DNA from: a virus | Taxonomy: Duplodnaviria; Caudoviricetes | Virus record (IMG/VR): IMGVR_UViG_3300040734_000108 | Location: 1-38,346 of that record | DNA length: 38,346 bases | Strand: one strand, 5' to 3' | Part shown: positions 16,854 to 26,577 of the stretch, one piece after another | How positions within the stretch are numbered: the stretch's first letter is position 1 | Layout: every line of letters starts with the position of its first letter | Translations under genes and position numbers: made by a program | The notes under the pieces: model-generated | The model's database searches: none | Told to the model about the DNA's origin: nothing | What the model saw: only the letters and a program-made list of their open reading frames with translations

Positions 16854-18434
16854 ATGCCCAATCTCGACCTGACATACCTCTTCGGCCTGGCTCCTGAAAA
16901 AGCCATCGAATACCTGACGTCCAAGGGTTACGCCATCACCTGGGACTGGCACGAGATGCTGGACGCGGCCCACGCCAAAGCCTTTACCGTGGCCAAGGTG
17001 ATGAAGGTGGATATCTTGGACGATATTCAGGCCGAGCTGCAAAAAGGGCTGGACGACGGCATCTCGTTTGCCGAGTTCAAGAAGAACCTGATCCCCCGGC
17101 TCAAGGCCAAGGGGTGGTGGGGCGAGATCGTGAACGAAGCCACCGGCGAGGTGGCCAACGTGGGACCGTGGCGGCTGCGGACGATCTTCGACGCCAACGT
17201 GCAGACCGCCTACATGGTGGGGCATTACCAGCAGGCGATCCAGAACACGGCCGACCGCCCCTGGTGGATGTATGTTGCGGTGATGGACAAGCGCACCCGC
17301 CCGGCCCACGCGGCGCTGAACGGCCTGGTATTCCGCTATGATGACCCCTTCTGGGATAGTCACTTCCCCCCCAACGGGTTCAGGTGCAGATGTTCGGTGC
17401 GCTTTCTGGACGACGAGGGGATGAAGGGGCGGCCGGGGGCACTGCGCTCCACCAAGGGGCCGGATGCCAACGCCAGGCTGGATCAGGTGGAGAAGCCGCT
17501 GGACAAGGCCGGGATGAAGACGACCCAGGTCACGGCGGTGAAGACAAAGGGGCTGGACGGTCGGACCGTGGCCATGGCCCCGGACGCCGGGTGGAATTAC
17601 AATCCAGGGAAGGCGGGCGCCAGGAACCTGGACGAGCTGCTGGAGCGCAAGGTGAAAAATCTGCCGCCGCAGTTGGCGGAGCAGGTGCGGAAGGATACGC
17701 CGCAACCGCGCGGGCTCGCCCAGCGGCACGATGTCAAGGATTATGCTTCGCTGGGCGGTTTGATGAAGGAATACGCCGGTCAGAATCCGGAGGCGTTCTG
17801 CAACGGCTATCGCTCCATCGAGGAGACAGACGGGCCATACTTCATGGCGACCCGCCCGATATTCGGGGAATTCCTGGTGTCGAAACGAACCTTCGTAAAG
17901 AGCGGTAATTTCGAACCTTCAAAGAATCTGCTGGGCGCACTGCAAAACATCAGGCACGGTAAAGAGTTGACGTTCAATGAAGAGTACGCGCTGGAATCGT
18001 TGTGGCACGAGATCAACCACAACCGGGCCAAGGGGTTCTGGCCGCTGAAAAACCAATCCGCGAACCGCTGCATGGAAACGCTGAACCAGTTCGTGTCGCG
18101 GCACACCTACCCGGAGTTCATGCAATCGCTGGGGGGGACGGCCAGGCATCAGGCGGACGTGCTGGCCAAGGGGTATGGCTACAACACTTGGGTGGAAAAC
18201 TTCAGGGCACTGCTGGAAGTGGTGGGACTGGACGAGAAGGCGCACCTTCCGGAGTTCGAGAAAATTCTGTTTGAACAGTCCCACTCCAAGCTGAAGGACA
18301 ATCTGGCGAAGTATATCAGTAAGGCGAGCGGTAAGAAGAAGAAAGAAATTGCGTGGTGCTTGGATAAATTGAATACGCTGGGATATAAGGCGGGAGTGAA
18401 AGTGCTCTTTAATCCTATTCCAGACAGTCCTTGA
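16854..18434 (+). CDS. MuF/gp30 minor head protein with C-terminal HExxH extension
   Basis: AFTVAK, RLRTIF..N, D.RTRP.H, PPNGFRCRC, DAGWNYNPG; then about 270 extra aa containing ESLWHEINH. Confidence 0.92.
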   Translation: MPNLDLTYLFGLAPEKAIEYLTSKGYAITWDWHEMLDAAHAKAFTVAKVMKVDILDDIQAELQKGLDDGISFAEFKKNLIPRLKAKGWWGEIVNEATGEVANVGPWRLRTIFDANVQTAYMVGHYQQAIQNTADRPWWMYVAVMDKRTRPAHAALNGLVFRYDDPFWDSHFPPNGFRCRCSVRFLDDEGMKGRPGALRSTKGPDANARLDQVEKPLDKAGMKTTQVTAVKTKGLDGRTVAMAPDAGWNYNPGKAGARNLDELLERKVKNLPPQLAEQVRKDTPQPRGLAQRHDVKDYASLGGLMKEYAGQNPEAFCNGYRSIEETDGPYFMATRPIFGEFLVSKRTFVKSGNFEPSKNLLGALQNIRHGKELTFNEEYALESLWHEINHNRAKGFWPLKNQSANRCMETLNQFVSRHTYPEFMQSLGGTARHQADVLAKGYGYNTWVENFRALLEVVGLDEKAHLPEFEKILFEQSHSKLKDNLAKYISKASGKKKKEIAWCLDKLNTLGYKAGVKVLFNPIPDSP

Positions 18435-18645
18435 GCTGAACGTCGGACCGGTATTGAGGGTCGGTGATTTTGTCGAGGTACTTGCCGGCGGTCGCCATGT
18501 CGCCGCGAATCTCATAGAGCCAGTATATTTCGGCGTAGAGAGAATCAGCTGTTTGCCACATCATATGGTTTTCCCTGGTGACAGTTTCGCCGCAAATATT
18601 TTCCAGCTCTTCCCGCGTGGGGTTATGGTCAAAGATGGTTTCCAT
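18415..18645 (-). CDS. Small acidic protein, candidate immunity protein for MuF C-terminal domain
   Basis: 76-aa ORF convergent on muF with own promoter TTGCAT-16-TATAAT. Confidence 0.7.
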   Translation of the reverse strand: METIFDHNPTREELENICGETVTRENHMMWQTADSLYAEIYWLYEIRGDMATAGKYLDKITDPQYRSDVQLKDCLE

Positions 18646-18653
18646 GACTCTAA

Positions 18654-18681
18654 ATTATAGGCTGCTTAATAAAGAATGCAA
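18654..18681 (-). promoter_or_regulatory. sigma70-like promoter, probably leaderless transcript
   Basis: TTGCAT (18681-18676), 16 nt, TATAAT (18659-18654), ATG 8 nt later. Confidence 0.7.
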
Positions 18682-18690
18682 GGGGAAATC

Positions 18691-18768
18691 CCAACCCCTC
18701 CAAACCTCCCCTTGTCAGGGGAGGCTTAAAGGCTTCCCCCCTGATAAGGGGGGACTGAGGGGGGTTGG
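18691..18768. repeat. REP-like doublet family B
   Basis: Inverted near-copy of 8797-8870. Confidence 0.85.
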
Positions 18769-18801
18769 TTTCAGGGGCTGCGCCACCGGTATAAACGCCA
18801 C

Positions 18802-18831
18802 CGTTGGGTTCGTGCCTCACCACAACCTACG
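18802..18831 (-). repeat. Single GTAG-type REP-like palindrome
   Basis: Reverse strand reads CGTAGGTTGTGGTGAGGCACGAACCCAACG. Confidence 0.5.
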
Positions 18832-18864
18832 GCTACTGCTGAAACCTTTGGGAGAATTGACTAC

Positions 18865-19398
18865 ATGTCCGACCTGATCGAATGCCGCATCGATGACCGC
18901 GAGGTGACCCGCACCCTGGAGCGCCTGGCGCGGAAGGTGGCCGACCTCTCCCCGGTCATGCGCGAGATCTCCGGCGTCATGCTGGACGCCGTGCATGACA
19001 ACTTCGCCACCGAGGGGAGCCGCACCGGCAACCCGTGGAAGAAGTCCAAACGATCCATCCGTGACGCCGGGCAGACTCTCCAGGACACCCAACGCCTCTA
19101 CCGTTCCATTCAGGCCCACTCCGACGCGCACGGCGCCGTGGTGGGGACCAACGTGGCCTATGCCGCCGCCCACCACTTCGGCGTCAACAAGACCGTCACC
19201 GCCCGGGTCGCCGCCCACCGCCGCAAGGTGAAGAGCCGCGATCAGAAGCAGGGGAGGAAGAAGAGCGCCTCTGGCGTCGCCTTCGTCCGCGCCCACAGTC
19301 GCACCATGAAGCTGAACCTCCCCGCCCGCCCCTTCCTGGTCTTGGCCGACGACGACACGAGACGGATCGTGGAACGGATGCGACGGTATCTGGAGTAA
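18865..19398 (+). CDS. Virion morphogenesis protein (Mu gpG-like)
   Basis: L.DT.RL..SI, VGTNV.YAA.HHFG, LPARPFL. Confidence 0.93.
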   Translation: MSDLIECRIDDREVTRTLERLARKVADLSPVMREISGVMLDAVHDNFATEGSRTGNPWKKSKRSIRDAGQTLQDTQRLYRSIQAHSDAHGAVVGTNVAYAAAHHFGVNKTVTARVAAHRRKVKSRDQKQGRKKSASGVAFVRAHSRTMKLNLPARPFLVLADDDTRRIVERMRRYLE

Positions 19399-19518
19399 AA
19401 CCGAAAATAACGCCCTGTCGCGCCTCTTCCTCCCCCAACCCACCCTACCCCATAGGCTATCCCCCGTTATGGCCGTGAGCGAAGAGTTAAATGGCAGTTA
19501 AATGCTATTGCTGGATCA

Positions 19519-19579
19519 GTGAGGGGTGAGGAGTAAAAGGTGTGGGGCAAGTCCTCACGTTTTACTCCTCACTCCTCAC
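19519..19579. repeat. Heptamer inverted repeat family C
   Basis: GTGAGGGGTGAGGAGTAAAA ... TTTTACTCCTCACTCCTCAC. Confidence 0.85.
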
Positions 19580-19590
19580 CGTGTTTTATA

Positions 19591-19632
19591 TAAACCTCTT
19601 TATTATCCCCTCCCCCTTCCCCCTGCTATGGT
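19591..19632 (+). promoter_or_regulatory. Putative late promoter (head operon)
   Basis: TAAA-CCTC-TTTA, 21 nt, TGC-TATGGT. Confidence 0.75.
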
Positions 19633-19665
19633 CTCCGGAAACGAATAACGATAACGGAGGATCTG

Positions 19666-20775
19666 ATGGACTGGGACAAGGTCTTTACCGCCGGCTGGCA
19701 TACCGATTCTCGCGGCAACAAACGGGAATGGACAAAGGACGATCTTGACCGGATCGTGACCTCGTTCGACCCATCGTTTCATGAACCCCCTCTGGTGATA
19801 GGCCACCCTTCCGATAACGCCCCGGCCTTCGGCTGGATCGATGGCATCAAGCGGGTCGGCAACGATCTGTTTGTCAGGTATCGCGACGTTGCGGCCGAGT
19901 TCAAGGAATGGACGGACAAGAAGCTTTTCAAGAAGAAGTCGATTGCGGTCTATCCGGACGGCAGCCTGCGCCACGTGGGCTACCTGGGCGCCATGCCGCC
20001 AGCCATCAAGGGACTGCCCGACTTCGCCTTTCAGGACAACGGCCGTGAAGCCGTTTTTTACGATTGGGAAGATATGACCGTGGCTGGTCTGTTCCGGCGA
20101 ATGCGGGAATGGATCATCGGCAAATTCGGCCAGGACGAAGCGGATCGAATCCTGCCTGACTACGAAATAACCAACCTGCAAACCTCCGCGGCCATGCCGG
20201 ATGCGGAGGAAACCGTTATGGGCGCGCGCCCGCAATTCAAGGAGGACTCCAGTATGAAAGCCGAAGAAGTGCAGCAGATGATTACCGATGCCATAGCCGT
20301 CCAGTCGCGGCAGTTCGCCGAACAAATTAAAGGGCTCTCCGAGAATATCAAGGGCCTTGGAACCCAGTTCGGAGAGTTGCAAACCACCCTGGATGCTGAT
20401 CGCCAGACCGGACTCAAGCGCGAGTTCGCCGAGTTTCTGAATACCCCCGAAATGCAGAAGCGCATCCCCGAGGGAGGCCGCGAGGCCACCATCAGCCACT
20501 TGGTGACCCTTACCGATGCTCCAGCTGTTGAGTTCGGCGAGGGAGACCTAAAGCGGACCGTCAGCGCGGTGGAGCATTACAAGGAGTCGCTCCGGAAACT
20601 GCCCGAGATCGTCGTCTTCGGTGAGCACGCAACCAAAGAACGAGCAGGCAAGACCGGCGCTACCGAACAGGTGAAGGAGCAGGCCATCGCCGAGTTCATG
20701 GAAAAAAACGAGGGAACTACCTACAAACAGGCGCTCCTGGAAGTCAGCAGACAGAAACCGGAACTGTTCGCCTGA
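19666..20775 (+). CDS. Prohead protease/scaffold (Mu gpI-like)
   Basis: P.VIGHP..NAPAFGW, KKSI, LRHVGYLGA.PPAIKGL. Confidence 0.92.
   Translation: MDWDKVFTAGWHTDSRGNKREWTKDDLDRIVTSFDPSFHEPPLVIGHPSDNAPAFGWIDGIKRVGNDLFVRYRDVAAEFKEWTDKKLFKKKSIAVYPDGSLRHVGYLGAMPPAIKGLPDFAFQDNGREAVFYDWEDMTVAGLFRRMREWIIGKFGQDEADRILPDYEITNLQTSAAMPDAEETVMGARPQFKEDSSMKAEEVQQMITDAIAVQSRQFAEQIKGLSENIKGLGTQFGELQTTLDADRQTGLKREFAEFLNTPEMQKRIPEGGREATISHLVTLTDAPAVEFGEGDLKRTVSAVEHYKESLRKLPEIVVFGEHATKERAGKTGATEQVKEQAIAEFMEKNEGTTYKQALLEVSRQKPELFA
20254..20775 (+). CDS. Internal in-frame scaffolding protein (Mu gpZ analogue)
   Basis: AAGGAGG followed by in-frame ATG (MKAEEVQQ) at the start of the coiled-coil half. Confidence 0.65.
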   Translation: MKAEEVQQMITDAIAVQSRQFAEQIKGLSENIKGLGTQFGELQTTLDADRQTGLKREFAEFLNTPEMQKRIPEGGREATISHLVTLTDAPAVEFGEGDLKRTVSAVEHYKESLRKLPEIVVFGEHATKERAGKTGATEQVKEQAIAEFMEKNEGTTYKQALLEVSRQKPELFA

Positions 20776-20810
20776 TTCATACACCACCATAACGCAAGGA
20801 GACATACAGT

Positions 20811-21191
20811 ATGATGGGAGCAACCAGCGGAATTGAAAAATCGGTCAAATGCACGGCGGCGGTGGCGGCCTTCACCCTGGCCAAGTTTGGCGCCGACGAC
20901 GATACCCTCTCCACGGCCAGTGCCTCCAGCGACGACATCATCGGCGTGTTTCAGCACGCAACCAGCTCCGCGAGTGAGGAAGTGAGAGTCATGCTGACCG
21001 GCATCAGCCGGGTCAAACTGGGGGGCACGGTAGCCCGGGGCGGCTGGATTACCAGCGACGCCAGCGGCCAAGGGGTAGCTATCGGCTCCACGGCCGGCAC
21101 CAACTACAGTGCTCTGGGGCGCGCCCTGGCATCTGGTGTGTCCGGCGACATCATTCCGGTCCTGCTGGAAGTGGGCCGTCCCCAGGGGTAA
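20811..21191 (+). CDS. Capsid decoration/cement protein (DUF2190-like)
   Basis: Gly/Ala-rich 126 aa; G.V..G..ITSDA.G....G.AL..G..GDIIPV; precedes capsid. Confidence 0.82.
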   Translation: MMGATSGIEKSVKCTAAVAAFTLAKFGADDDTLSTASASSDDIIGVFQHATSSASEEVRVMLTGISRVKLGGTVARGGWITSDASGQGVAIGSTAGTNYSALGRALASGVSGDIIPVLLEVGRPQG

Positions 21192-21217
21192 GCAGGTAAC
21201 GACAAAAGGAGAAAGAG

Positions 21218-22147
21218 ATGCCTGAAGCGAGAACACTACACACTGACAGCAACCTGACCAATCTGTCGATCAGATACCGAAACGAGGCCATGATCTGGCC
21301 GGCGGTCATGCCGATCATCAAGGTCAATAAACGCAGCGACAAGTATAACGTCTACAACAAGGCCGACAGCTACACTCTGGCCAACGATGCGATCGGCCCC
21401 AAGTCGCTCCCCAACGAAGTGGATTGGGGCGTATCCAGCGGGAACTACTCGGTCAAGGATCACGCCCTCTCCGACTGGGTTCCCCAGGAAGAGATCGACA
21501 ACGCCGATACCCCGCTCCAGCCGGAAGTGGACAGCGTGGAATTCCTTAATCTGCTCCTGGACATTGCCCAGGAAAAGCGGGTCTGCGACATCTTTAATAC
21601 ATCATCCAATTTTTCTCAGAAGACCACCCTTTCCGGCACCAGTCAGTGGGGACAAAGCGCCGACGACCCGGTGGGCAACCTCCTGACCGCCGTCGAGGGA
21701 TGCTTCATCCGCGCCAACACCCTGGTCTTCGGCGCCGATGCCTGGGTGATCTTCCGTAAGCTCCCCGAAGTCCTGGATGCTGTCAAGGGCACCGTGGGCA
21801 GCGCTCCCCGCGGCGGCCTGGCCTCGACTACCGAGGTTGCCCAGCTCCTGGAGGTAGAGAGGGTTATCGTGGGGCGTGGTCGCTACAACGCAGCCAAGGA
21901 AGGGCAGACCGCATCATACAGCCGTCTCTGGGGCAAGCACTGCTGGGCGCTCTATGTCGACCCCAACCCCAGCGTTAAGAGCATCACCTTCGGCGGTACT
22001 TTCGTAGAAATGAACCGCAACGTGCAGCGCGACTTCGACCAGAAGCGCGGCATCAAGGGGGCCCACTTCTTCAAAACCGCCTGGAATTCGGACGAGAAGA
22101 TCATCGCATCCGATGTGGGCTACATGCTGGAGAACGTGGTGCCCTAA
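21218..22147 (+). CDS. Major capsid protein
   Basis: 309 aa; D..LTNLS..Y.N start, W....DP, NTLV.G..W; position after protease and decoration. Confidence 0.88.
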   Translation: MPEARTLHTDSNLTNLSIRYRNEAMIWPAVMPIIKVNKRSDKYNVYNKADSYTLANDAIGPKSLPNEVDWGVSSGNYSVKDHALSDWVPQEEIDNADTPLQPEVDSVEFLNLLLDIAQEKRVCDIFNTSSNFSQKTTLSGTSQWGQSADDPVGNLLTAVEGCFIRANTLVFGADAWVIFRKLPEVLDAVKGTVGSAPRGGLASTTEVAQLLEVERVIVGRGRYNAAKEGQTASYSRLWGKHCWALYVDPNPSVKSITFGGTFVEMNRNVQRDFDQKRGIKGAHFFKTAWNSDEKIIASDVGYMLENVVP

Positions 22148-22166
22148 CGACGGTTACTGGTTGGCC

Positions 22167-22205
22167 GGTTCGTGGTTCATACTGGTAAGCCATGAACCAC
22201 GAACC
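22167..22205. repeat. Perfect 14-bp hairpin after the capsid gene
   Basis: GGTTCGTGGTTCAT ... ATGAACCACGAACC. Confidence 0.65.
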
Positions 22206-22230
22206 TTGAACAGACATGAAAGGAGCCTTT

Positions 22231-22509
22231 ATGCCCACATACAACGTACTCAGCCATCTGCTCCATGATGGTGCAGCCTACAATCCCGGCGATACCGTGG
22301 AAATGACCGACGAACAGGCGTCCCCCCTGCGGTCCGTCGGCGTCGTCGGTGAGGCCGCAAGCGAGGTGGAACATACCGATGACGAGCTGATCGAGAAAAT
22401 CAAGGCAGCTGCAACCGTGGCCGACATCGACGCCCTCGTCGGCAAGATCAAGCGCAAGCCGGTTATCGAGGCGGCCCGGGTGCGCATGGGCGAACTGACT
22501 CAGGCATAA
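22231..22509 (+). CDS. Small head-associated protein
   Basis: AAGGAG RBS; L.HDG..Y.PGD.VE motif typical after capsid genes. Confidence 0.75.
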   Translation: MPTYNVLSHLLHDGAAYNPGDTVEMTDEQASPLRSVGVVGEAASEVEHTDDELIEKIKAAATVADIDALVGKIKRKPVIEAARVRMGELTQA

Positions 22510-22512
22510 CCC

Positions 22513-22941
22513 ATGCCCTACTGCACCCTTGACAGCATCGAGGCCCCCGAAAAGGACCTGATCGAGCTGACCGACGACGCCGGAATCGGCGTGATCGACC
22601 AAGCCGTGGTGGATAAGGCTATCGCCCACGCGGACGAATTGATAGACGGCTATCTGCGGGGGAGATACCCGCTTCCTCTCAACCCTGTCCCAGGTCTGAT
22701 CGCCGCTCTGTCCGCCGACATCAGCCTTTACCGCCTCTACGGCCGCCGGCCGCGTCTGTCGATACCGGAATCGCTGTCGGACAAGTACAAGAACGCTCTG
22801 AAACTTTTGGACAATATCCAGAAGGGACAGATCACCCTGGGGATCGGCGGGGTTCCGGAACAGGAGATCCCGGCTCCGGCTGCCTCGCTGGTTAAAACAC
22901 CGACCAGGATTTTCAACGACGATCTACTAGACACCTACTGA
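22513..22941 (+). CDS. Head-tail adaptor gp36 (DUF1320)
   Basis: YCT, A...IDGYL.GRY.LPL, DI..YRL, Y..A.K.L..I..G...LG. Confidence 0.93.
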   Translation: MPYCTLDSIEAPEKDLIELTDDAGIGVIDQAVVDKAIAHADELIDGYLRGRYPLPLNPVPGLIAALSADISLYRLYGRRPRLSIPESLSDKYKNALKLLDNIQKGQITLGIGGVPEQEIPAPAASLVKTPTRIFNDDLLDTY

Positions 22942-22944
22942 ACC

Positions 22945-23460
22945 ATGCTCAATGAAATTGAAGACAATACCGTCACCCTTTTAACCAGCAAACTGGAGAG
23001 CGCGCGAGTGATCGGCGTGCAGAAGGGAACGGCGGGCATCGCCCAGCCGGCGGTGTACGCCTCGGCCGAGTCCGGGACGTTCGAGAAGGTCACCCAGGCC
23101 ATCTGGCGCCACAACGTGACGCTCTACGTGGACATCATCTTCTCCAACCTCCGGGACCAGCGGAGCCGACGGGAGGGGATCAATCTGATTCTGGAGGGAG
23201 TGGCGGGGCTGCTGCTGCTCAACAGTCTGGGGCTGAAGATCGAGCCGATCAAGCCCAAGGGGTGGAAGAACACCACATCCCCGGAGATGGACGAGCTGGG
23301 GCTAATCGCCTACTCCCTGGAGTTGACGACCTCCTACACCCTAACCCGTCTGAATGACGAAACGGCCGGGGAGCTATTGAAGGTGGGGTTGAACTACTAT
23401 TTAACGCCGGGTGACGACGCAGTTGATGCGTCGGATCTGGTGGGGATGGAGGGACCGTGA
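22945..23460 (+). CDS. Neck/tail terminator gp37-like protein
   Basis: Position after gp36; IE...V..L start; L..L.L.Y...PGD tail. Confidence 0.72.
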   Translation: MLNEIEDNTVTLLTSKLESARVIGVQKGTAGIAQPAVYASAESGTFEKVTQAIWRHNVTLYVDIIFSNLRDQRSRREGINLILEGVAGLLLLNSLGLKIEPIKPKGWKNTTSPEMDELGLIAYSLELTTSYTLTRLNDETAGELLKVGLNYYLTPGDDAVDASDLVGMEGP

Positions 23461-23858
23461 GTCTCAAACTCGCCAAGAACAACGCGCCCACCTACGACTA
23501 CTTTTCCGAAGGGGATGGCAGCGACCCCATCAGCGTCAGTGGAACGGTCAATGGCTCCGGCGGCACGGTGGACTCGTCCACGGTCACCATGTACCTGATC
23601 GCCACCACCTACCGCTACACCGGTATTTCCCTATCGGTGATCAACGAGCAGACCGGTATCGACTGGAAACTGTCGCTGGACAACGTCACCTTCGCCGACA
23701 CCAGAAACCCGGCCGACATGAACGCGCTTTCGGCCGATGCGGTCATTCCCGTTTACGCTAAGGCGGTCATCACCAACGACGGCGGCGGAAGCCAACCGGC
23801 CACCGGCATCTACACCACTCCGGACATCCGGATTCAGGCCACCGAAAACCCGGTATAG
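23457..23858 (+). CDS. Hypothetical beta-rich virion protein
   Basis: GGAGGG RBS, GTGA coupling to gp37; Thr/Ser/Gly-rich. Confidence 0.75.
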   Translation: MSLKLAKNNAPTYDYFSEGDGSDPISVSGTVNGSGGTVDSSTVTMYLIATTYRYTGISLSVINEQTGIDWKLSLDNVTFADTRNPADMNALSADAVIPVYAKAVITNDGGGSQPATGIYTTPDIRIQATENPV

Positions 23859-23867
23859 GAGAACGCC

Positions 23868-24266
23868 ATGGGGGACAACATAACCATCACGCCCGGCACG
23901 GGCGCAACCATAGCCGCCGACGAGGTCAACGGCGCCCTGGTACAGCGGGTCAAGCCATGTGTGGGCGACGATGGAGTGGCCCAGGACGTGAGCCAGGACA
24001 ACCCCATGCCGGTACAGCTCGCCGACGTGATGGTGGCCTTGTTGGCGGCAATCGAACGTCTAAACACCCCCATGTGGGTCGATCCCGTGTCATCCAGGGT
24101 GCGGGTGAACATGGAGTACGGACTGGGCAGCAACCTCACGCTAGCCGTGACCACCGGGAGCACAAGCACTCTTGGATATCTAGGAGGCACCACCCCCACG
24201 AACACTATCGTTGCTGACGCTATGATGAACTGTTGGTCGAACACGGTACGGAGGTGCATCACATGA
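23868..24266 (+). CDS. Hypothetical fibre-like virion protein
   Basis: AGGAG RBS; DN..ITPG.GATIAAD...QRVK...DVS..NPMPV. Confidence 0.75.
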   Translation: MGDNITITPGTGATIAADEVNGALVQRVKPCVGDDGVAQDVSQDNPMPVQLADVMVALLAAIERLNTPMWVDPVSSRVRVNMEYGLGSNLTLAVTTGSTSTLGYLGGTTPTNTIVADAMMNCWSNTVRRCIT

Positions 24267-24445
24267 GGGTAGTCGACACATCTGGCATCGAAGCAGAGGC
24301 AATTCAGCTCGAAGGCCCTACCATTCTGGGGATTGAGGGTGGAGACGCCTGTATATCAGAGGGTGAGTGGGCCATCTACTATCCAGGCGTGAAGCCTCTT
24401 CCCGTCACGCAAGAGCAGTTTGAAGCACGGTTCAAGGAGCTGTAA
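24263..24445 (+). CDS. Small hypothetical protein (60 aa)
   Basis: GGAGGT RBS; coupled at both ends (ATGA, TAATG). Confidence 0.65.
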   Translation: MRVVDTSGIEAEAIQLEGPTILGIEGGDACISEGEWAIYYPGVKPLPVTQEQFEARFKEL

Positions 24446-25977
24446 TGGCGACGACCTTCGGATTCAAGGACATCATCGATCTTCCCCAGTGGCGGCCCAA
24501 CGCCCCTCTTCTTGCTTCCGCCGTCGCCGGATGCTCGTTCGCCTACGACATGAGGAACGACGCGTCTCGTCACCCCTACTTGTACTGGCTCCGTTCCGCG
24601 ACGGCGCTCGATCTGTACGACCCCACCACCGACGGGTGGGTGCCGCTTGCGTCCCCCACCCTGGCCGGCACCTTCGGCGCCGGCGCGTGCGCGGTGTTCC
24701 ACCCCTCCCAGGGTCCCCGCGGGACGCTGGCGGCTGGGTCGACCACTACCTCGATAACGCTCACAACTGCATTGCCCGCGGCAGTAGCGACCAATCAACT
24801 GGCCAACCGAGGCGACGGTGTAGGGTTCAAAATAAGAATCCTGGGCAACGCTACAGGCTCATCCGGCAAGGTCGAAGAGCACGTCATTGTGGGGAACACA
24901 GCCGGGACCACTCCGACGATCTACCTGGATTCCGCCCTCTCGTTCACGCCCCTCTCCGGGGACGGGTACGAGATCCTGTCCGGTCGCGTCTTCATGCTGT
25001 CTGCCGGCACTCTCGCATCGGGAGTCTGGAAATACTACGACGTGGCGACCAACAGCTATTCGGCCGCCCTGGGGTATACCAACCTGCCGGCCACCATCGG
25101 CACCGAATCCGCCATGGTAGCACTTTCCGAACTGTACGTGCCGAATGACAAGGCTCCCGGCGGAGGTTATTTCGGCAGCATCACGGCGTCCGCGTCAAGT
25201 TCTACCAGTATCACCGGCAGTGGGCTTCCCTCGCTGTTCGCCGATGAGTACCGTAATTTCCAGGTGCGCATCGTGCAGGACACGGTGACTCCCACGGCGG
25301 TTGGACAGCGCCGGCGAATCACCACCCACACCTCCGGGGCCTCGCCGGTCTTCACGGTCGCCGCATGGACGGTAACGCCCAGTTCCAGCGCCGTGTTCGT
25401 TGTGGAAAACGACGACGACAAGGTTTTGCTGCGGACATCTTCCAGCGCCAACGTCTACACCTACAACATCACGGCGGCCACGTGGGACACCACCACCTTC
25501 GGAGCGTCCGGCTCCGCGGTGGGTGCGGGGACGTGCTTTATGATGCCGTTCGGGGTAACTCGCGACAGTACCGGATCATTCAGACATTCCAAGATGCTCT
25601 GCATCAGGGGCGGCGGTTCGGCTGCCATCGATGAGCTGGACATAGCGGCCGCAACTACCGGAACCTGGGCCTCGGATATCGTCTACGGCGCCAAGGCCCA
25701 GACCTTCACAACCGGCACCTGCGCGACCTATGGGCCGGTGACCAGGGGTGGACGCTTGTGGCACATCAATGTCAACGGCGGCCAGACTACCGCCCGATTC
25801 GATGCTCGTAACCGCGTGATGGACGCGGAGACATACATCCGCTACCCCCAGGGCACGGCCCACGCGGGGGAGCGGATGGCTATCGCCCCGTTTGTCGATG
25901 GCACGGACAAGCTGGGATTCGTCTATATGGCAACGACCGCCGGGGCGCCGCTGTTTTCCCTGGCGATTCAGAGGTGA
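24445..25977 (+). CDS. 510-aa beta-propeller-like putative receptor-binding protein
   Basis: Repeated Y[DN]xxTxxW blade motifs (YDPTTDGW, YDVATNSY, YNITAATW, LDIAAATTGTW) and two similar inserted beta domains. Confidence 0.7.
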   Translation: MATTFGFKDIIDLPQWRPNAPLLASAVAGCSFAYDMRNDASRHPYLYWLRSATALDLYDPTTDGWVPLASPTLAGTFGAGACAVFHPSQGPRGTLAAGSTTTSITLTTALPAAVATNQLANRGDGVGFKIRILGNATGSSGKVEEHVIVGNTAGTTPTIYLDSALSFTPLSGDGYEILSGRVFMLSAGTLASGVWKYYDVATNSYSAALGYTNLPATIGTESAMVALSELYVPNDKAPGGGYFGSITASASSSTSITGSGLPSLFADEYRNFQVRIVQDTVTPTAVGQRRRITTHTSGASPVFTVAAWTVTPSSSAVFVVENDDDKVLLRTSSSANVYTYNITAATWDTTTFGASGSAVGAGTCFMMPFGVTRDSTGSFRHSKMLCIRGGGSAAIDELDIAAATTGTWASDIVYGAKAQTFTTGTCATYGPVTRGGRLWHINVNGGQTTARFDARNRVMDAETYIRYPQGTAHAGERMAIAPFVDGTDKLGFVYMATTAGAPLFSLAIQR

Positions 25978-25980
25978 TCC

Positions 25981-26574
25981 GTGTCGCTGCTGCTCCTCTT
26001 CAATCGTTCCTCCGTTGGAACAGTGGTCGATACCACCCACGACCTCTGGGCCGGAGTAGCCACCATCCGGACTGGGAGCTACGACCTCTCCGCCCGGATG
26101 GGAACCGCCCTGATCCGTGTCGCCGACAGCCTGGTAGCAGTCTCCCGATCCGTTGCCACGCCACAAGATACCAGGGTCACGGCAGCGTCGGCGATCTCGG
26201 GGAAAGCCGACGCCCAGGCGATCATCGCCAACGCCATCGGCATCCTGATCGACACCCAAGCGGTCATAGCCAGCGCGGCCTATGCGTTGGATCAGGATAC
26301 CCGGCTGCTTGTCGCCGGCCGGATCACTCGCGCCTCAGATCTCCTAACCGCCATTTCCCGGACCCTGGCCACGGATCAGGATACCGAGACCATCATCGCG
26401 CTGGCCGGCCAGGCAGCGCTGGTAGTGTATTCACTGGCTGCCGAAACCAGACAGTTCGCACTGTCCGACGAGGTCAGACTTCGCACTCCGGCCACCGAGC
26501 AACGGCTCATGGCCTGTCCGGATGAGTGGAGGCTGTTCCTTCAACCACCGGAACAACGGATCTTTGAGGCCTGA
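25981..26574 (+). CDS. Hypothetical structural protein
   Basis: GAGGT RBS with GTG start; periodic DQDT/DT repeats. Confidence 0.65.
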   Translation: MSLLLLFNRSSVGTVVDTTHDLWAGVATIRTGSYDLSARMGTALIRVADSLVAVSRSVATPQDTRVTAASAISGKADAQAIIANAIGILIDTQAVIASAAYALDQDTRLLVAGRITRASDLLTAISRTLATDQDTETIIALAGQAALVVYSLAAETRQFALSDEVRLRTPATEQRLMACPDEWRLFLQPPEQRIFEA

Positions 26575-26577
26575 TTC

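Noticed and set aside
25974-26525. Alternative-frame 183-aa ORF over the 25981 gene
   Set aside because: Arg/Pro/His-rich composition typical of an off-frame read; the 25981 frame has better RBS spacing and protein-like composition
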